Of a stretch of 9,003 bases of DNA, positions 6,767 to 9,003 are shown one piece after another (position 1 is the stretch's first letter; each line of letters begins with the position of its first letter). The stretch comes from a virus (Duplodnaviria; Heunggongvirae; Uroviricota; Caudoviricetes). The stretch lies in the IMG/VR virus record IMGVR_UViG_2667527608_000007; one strand, written 5' to 3'. The notes below the pieces were generated by a model. It saw only the letters and a program-made list of their open reading frames with translations. It searched no databases and was not told the origin of the DNA. A program made the position numbers and the translations under genes.

Positions 6767-6788
6767 CGATATGGGAATTCCCATATCG
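6767..6788. promoter_or_regulatory. 22-bp perfect palindrome CGATATGGGAATTCCCATATCG, 13 bp upstream of the predicted hok promoter -35
   Basis: Exact dyad symmetry read from the sequence; no T-tract follows, so it is not a classical intrinsic terminator. Confidence 0.5.
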
Positions 6789-6800
6789 GGTAAAAACGGT

Positions 6801-6828
6801 TTGCGGTAAAGCGAGAGTTAAGTAGAAT
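6801..6828 (+). promoter_or_regulatory. Putative promoter of the mok/hok mRNA (-35 TTGCGG 6801-6806, 16-bp spacer, -10 TAGAAT 6823-6828)
   Basis: It sits just upstream of the 5' element (6833-6846) that is complementary to the mRNA 3' end, giving a transcript of about 420 nt ending at the terminator at 7254. Confidence 0.45.
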
Positions 6829-6889
6829 TGCTGCGGGTGCTTGAGGCTGTCTGCCTCGGGCATGCCACCGTAAGGCAGACAGAGAAAAG

Positions 6890-6955
6890 CCCCAGTTAAC
6901 ATTACGCGTCCTGCAAGACGCCTAACATTAATCTGAGGCCAATTTCATGCTAGAC
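6890..6955 (-). ncRNA. Putative Sok-like antisense RNA overlapping the mok translation-initiation region (predicted from a promoter only)
   Basis: Minus-strand -35 TTGCCT (6990..6985), 17-bp spacer, -10 TAACCT (6967..6962) would start a transcript antisense to the mok ribosome-binding site (GAGG 6934-6937) and start codon (6947). The 3' end is not defined. Confidence 0.25.
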
Positions 6956-7159
6956 ATATGTAGGTTAGCCTCTTACGCGCCGAAAGGCAAGGAGAAGCAG
7001 GCTATGAAGCAGCAAAAGGCGATGTTAATCGCCCTGATCGTCATCTGTATCACCGTCATAGTGACGGCACTGGTAACGAGGAAAGACCTCTGCGAGGTAC
7101 GAATCCGAACCGGCCAGACGGAGGTCGCTGTCTTCACAGCTTACGAACCTGAGGAGTAA
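6947..7159 (+). CDS. mok: Mok-like reading frame (70 aa), in frame with and containing hok
   Basis: MLDICRLASYAPKGKEKQAMKQQ... closely parallels my recollection of E. coli MokC (MLNTCRVPLTDRKVKEKRAMKQH...), where mok is an in-frame N-terminal extension of hok. GAGG ribosome-binding site 9 nt upstream. Confidence 0.6.
   Translation: MLDICRLASYAPKGKEKQAMKQQKAMLIALIVICITVIVTALVTRKDLCEVRIRTGQTEVAVFTAYEPEE
7004..7159 (+). CDS. hok: Hok/Gef-family type I toxin (51 aa)
   Basis: MKQQKAMLIALIVICITVIVTALVTRKDLCEVRIRTGQTEVAVFTAYEPEE is near-identical to my recollection of HokC/Gef and HokD/RelF. AAGGAG ribosome-binding site at 6988-6993; single TM helix; conserved Cys and the RTGQTEVAVF motif. Confidence 0.9.
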   Translation: MKQQKAMLIALIVICITVIVTALVTRKDLCEVRIRTGQTEVAVFTAYEPEE

Positions 7160-7228
7160 GAGACCCGGCGAGGGAGAAATCCCTCGCCACCTCTGATGAA
7201 TCAGGCATCCTCAACGCACCCGCACTTA

Positions 7229-7254
7229 ACCCGCTTCGGCGGGTTTTGTTTTTT
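7229..7254 (+). terminator. Rho-independent terminator of the hok transcript (stem ACCCGC/GCGGGT with TTCG loop, then T-run)
   Basis: ACCCGCTTCGGCGGGTTTTGTTTTTT read directly. An additional perfect 9-bp hairpin with GAAA loop (GGCGAGGGA-GAAA-TCCCTCGCC) lies at 7167-7188, just after the hok stop. Confidence 0.7.
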
Positions 7255-7326
7255 CCTGGCATTCTGGTTTACAATTCGCACGCCAGCCTGAACAACTGGC
7301 ACCTGCTGCGCCAGCAGAGACAACCG

Positions 7327-7605
7327 ATGGCGCACGATACCAAATTATACAATTCTGATGATTCTGCCGTCTTTGCCAGCAGGCGCGGACGGTGTTTTCA
7401 CGCATTCAAATCTGACTGGTACCAGCATCCCCCATGCACTGAAGAACAGGCCGAATGGCTCATTCAGTGTTACCGCAGGCGCGGATGCGAGGTTAAAAAA
7501 GCCCTTAGCCTCGACTACCGTCACTGGATAATCTCCGTCAGGCTCCCTTACTCCGAACGGCCACCGCGTCCGTCCCGCACATTCCAGCAACGGATCTGGA
7601 GGTAA
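7327..7605 (+). CDS. Small Cys-rich hypothetical protein (92 aa from ATG 7327), in the position occupied by rem in the Qin prophage
   Basis: ORF downstream of the hok terminator. The track's 7246 start would overlap the terminator T-run, so ATG 7327 is preferred. Four cysteines (C-x15-C-x10-C-x6-C). Weak ribosome-binding site. Confidence 0.45.
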   Translation: MAHDTKLYNSDDSAVFASRRGRCFHAFKSDWYQHPPCTEEQAEWLIQCYRRRGCEVKKALSLDYRHWIISVRLPYSERPPRPSRTFQQRIWR

Positions 7606-7606
7606 T

Positions 7607-8656
7607 GTGCGGGTATTACTTCGACCTGTTCTGGTACCGGAACTCGGTCTGGTTATCGTTAAGCCAGGCCGTGAATCAATGTCAGCATTCCATAACGGCA
7701 GAATACTGGTGGAGCCGGAACCAAAAAGCATGCGAGCTCTGCCGTCCGGGGTTGTACCTGCCGTTCACCAGCCGCTGGCGGAAGATAAATCACTACTGCC
7801 ATTTTTCAGCGATGAGCGGGTGAGCCGTGCTGCGGGTGGCGCTGGTGCACTGTCTGACTGGTTATTACGTCACGTGAAATCCTGCCAGTGGCTACACGGT
7901 GATTATCATCACAGCGAAACCGTCATTCACCGTTACGGTACCGGCGCAATGGTGTTGTGCTGGCACTGCGACAACCAGTTGCGTGACCAGACATCCGAAT
8001 CACTCGAGCAACTTGCTCATCAAAACCTGTCAGCATGGATGATTGACGTCATCGGTCACGCAATAAGCGGTACGCAGGAGCGTGAATTATCTCTGGCTGA
8101 ATTATCCTGGTGGGCGGTCCGCAATCAGGTGGCGGACGCGCTACCGGAAGCGGTATTACGTCGTTCGCTGGGGTTGCGTGCGGAAAAAATCCGCTCCATG
8201 TACCGTGAAAGCGACATCGTACCGGGAGAGCAGACCGCCACCAGCATACTGAAACAGCGCACAAAAAATCTTGCGCCGCTGCCTCACGCCCACCAGCAAC
8301 AGAACCCACCACAGGAAAAGACGGTGGTCAGCATTGCCGTTGATCCTGAGTCTCCGGAATCTTTCATGAAACGACCTAAACGTCGCCGCTGGGTTAACGA
8401 GAAATACACTCGCTGGGTGAAGACACAGCCGTGTGCGTGTTGTGGTAAGCCAGCCGACGATCCCCATCACCTGATTGGTCATGGTCAGGGCGGAATGGGG
8501 ACAAAATCTCACGATATTTTCACGCTACCGCTGTGTCGGGAGCATCACAACGAGCTTCATGCGGATCCGCTGGCGTTCGAAGAAAAGCATGGTTCTCAGG
8601 TTGATTTAATTTTTCGTTTTCTTGATCACGCCTTTGCAACTGGCGTGCTTGGGTAA
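7607..8656 (+). CDS. ydfU: DUF968/YdfU-like prophage protein with C-terminal HNH-like Cys/His motif (349 aa from GTG 7607)
   Basis: C-terminal CACCGKPADDPHHLIGHGQGGMGTKSHDIFTLPLCREHHNELH. Size matches Qin YdfU as I recall it. GGAGG lies only 4 nt upstream of the GTG, so the start is uncertain (alternative ATG at 7679). Confidence 0.65.
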   Translation: MRVLLRPVLVPELGLVIVKPGRESMSAFHNGRILVEPEPKSMRALPSGVVPAVHQPLAEDKSLLPFFSDERVSRAAGGAGALSDWLLRHVKSCQWLHGDYHHSETVIHRYGTGAMVLCWHCDNQLRDQTSESLEQLAHQNLSAWMIDVIGHAISGTQERELSLAELSWWAVRNQVADALPEAVLRRSLGLRAEKIRSMYRESDIVPGEQTATSILKQRTKNLAPLPHAHQQQNPPQEKTVVSIAVDPESPESFMKRPKRRRWVNEKYTRWVKTQPCACCGKPADDPHHLIGHGQGGMGTKSHDIFTLPLCREHHNELHADPLAFEEKHGSQVDLIFRFLDHAFATGVLG

Positions 8657-8668
8657 AAGAGGTGACTG

Positions 8669-9003
8669 ATGCTCATAGATTTGGTTTTACCTTACCCGCC
8701 GACGGTGAACACTTACTGGCGACGCCGTGGCAGCACATATTTTATCTCGGAGGAGGGAAAGCGTTATCGCCGGGCTGTGGCGCTTATTGTTCGCCAGCAG
8801 CGGCTGAAATTAAGCCTGTCCGGAAGGCTGGCGATAAAGATTATTGCCGAGCCACCGGATAAGCGCCGCCGTGACTTGGACAATATTCTGAAAGCGCCGC
8901 TGGATGCGCTGACGCATGCGGGGTTGCTAATGGACGATGAGCAGTTTGATGAAATCAATATCGTTCGTGCTCAGCCAGTATCTGGTGGACGTCTGGGGGT
9001 GAA
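8669..9003 (+). CDS. rusA: RusA-family Holliday-junction resolvase, N-terminal 111 codons; 3' end beyond the window
   Basis: MLIDLVLPYPPTVNTYWRRRGSTYFISEEGKRYRRAVALIVRQQ...PPDKRRRDLDNILKAPLDALTHAGLLMDDEQFDEINIVRAQPVSGGRLGV carries the RusA hallmark segments. The frame stays open to the window end and was verified codon by codon. The track's 8662..8862 ORF is in another frame. Confidence 0.85.
   Translation, partial: MLIDLVLPYPPTVNTYWRRRGSTYFISEEGKRYRRAVALIVRQQRLKLSLSGRLAIKIIAEPPDKRRRDLDNILKAPLDALTHAGLLMDDEQFDEINIVRAQPVSGGRLGV

Noticed and set aside
6947-7159. The 70-aa ORF as a single independent protein distinct from hok
   Set aside because: The C-terminal 51 aa are a canonical Hok toxin with its own strong ribosome-binding site; the longer frame is better read as the Mok-type overlapping regulatory frame.
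7246-7326. Longer version (119 aa) of the small Cys-rich ORF
   Set aside because: The start would lie inside the T-run of the hok terminator (7229-7254); internal ATG 7327 is more plausible.
7605-7823. 72-aa ORF (MCGYYFDLFW...)
   Set aside because: Out-of-frame overlap with the DUF968 gene; Trp/Cys-rich translation typical of a shadow frame.
7345-8512. Minus-strand ORFs 7345..7731, 8049..8312 and 8156..8512
   Set aside because: All antisense to well-supported plus-strand genes, without ribosome-binding sites; Arg/Pro-rich shadow-frame composition.
8662-8862. 66-aa ORF in the track
   Set aside because: Alternative frame of the RusA-like gene; the frame from ATG 8669 gives a clear RusA-family translation and stays open to the window end.

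Overview
This window reads as a mosaic lambdoid (Rac/Qin-like) prophage segment from an enterobacterium, cut on its left side by the right end of an IS3-family insertion sequence (1..127). From left to right: a leftward early operon of three small ORFs (773..1387, minus strand); an immunity switch with a CI-like HTH repressor (1625..2101, minus, RacR-like) flanked by two operator/promoter clusters sharing an ATTAGGC-N3-GCCTAAT motif; a rightward Cro-like/YdaS-like and YdaT-like gene pair; a replication module made of a lambda-O-like initiator with an internal array of 15-bp iterons (putative origin) and a DnaC/IstB-like helicase loader; three accessory genes of unknown function (two-winged-helix protein, 131-aa protein, DUF551-like protein); two tiny single-TM peptide ORFs with strong ribosome-binding sites; a complete Hok/Mok type I toxin locus with recognisable mRNA fold-back elements and terminator; and a nin-like region with a small Cys-rich protein, a DUF968/YdfU-like HNH-motif protein and a RusA-family Holliday-junction resolvase that runs off the window end. 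I do not see a clear, multi-gene, previously undescribed system. The least-explained elements are the tandem micro-peptide ORFs and the 22-bp perfect palindrome just upstream of the hok promoter, and the ORF-free 640 bp next to the IS end. All family assignments are from reading the translations against recalled family sequences, not from searches.
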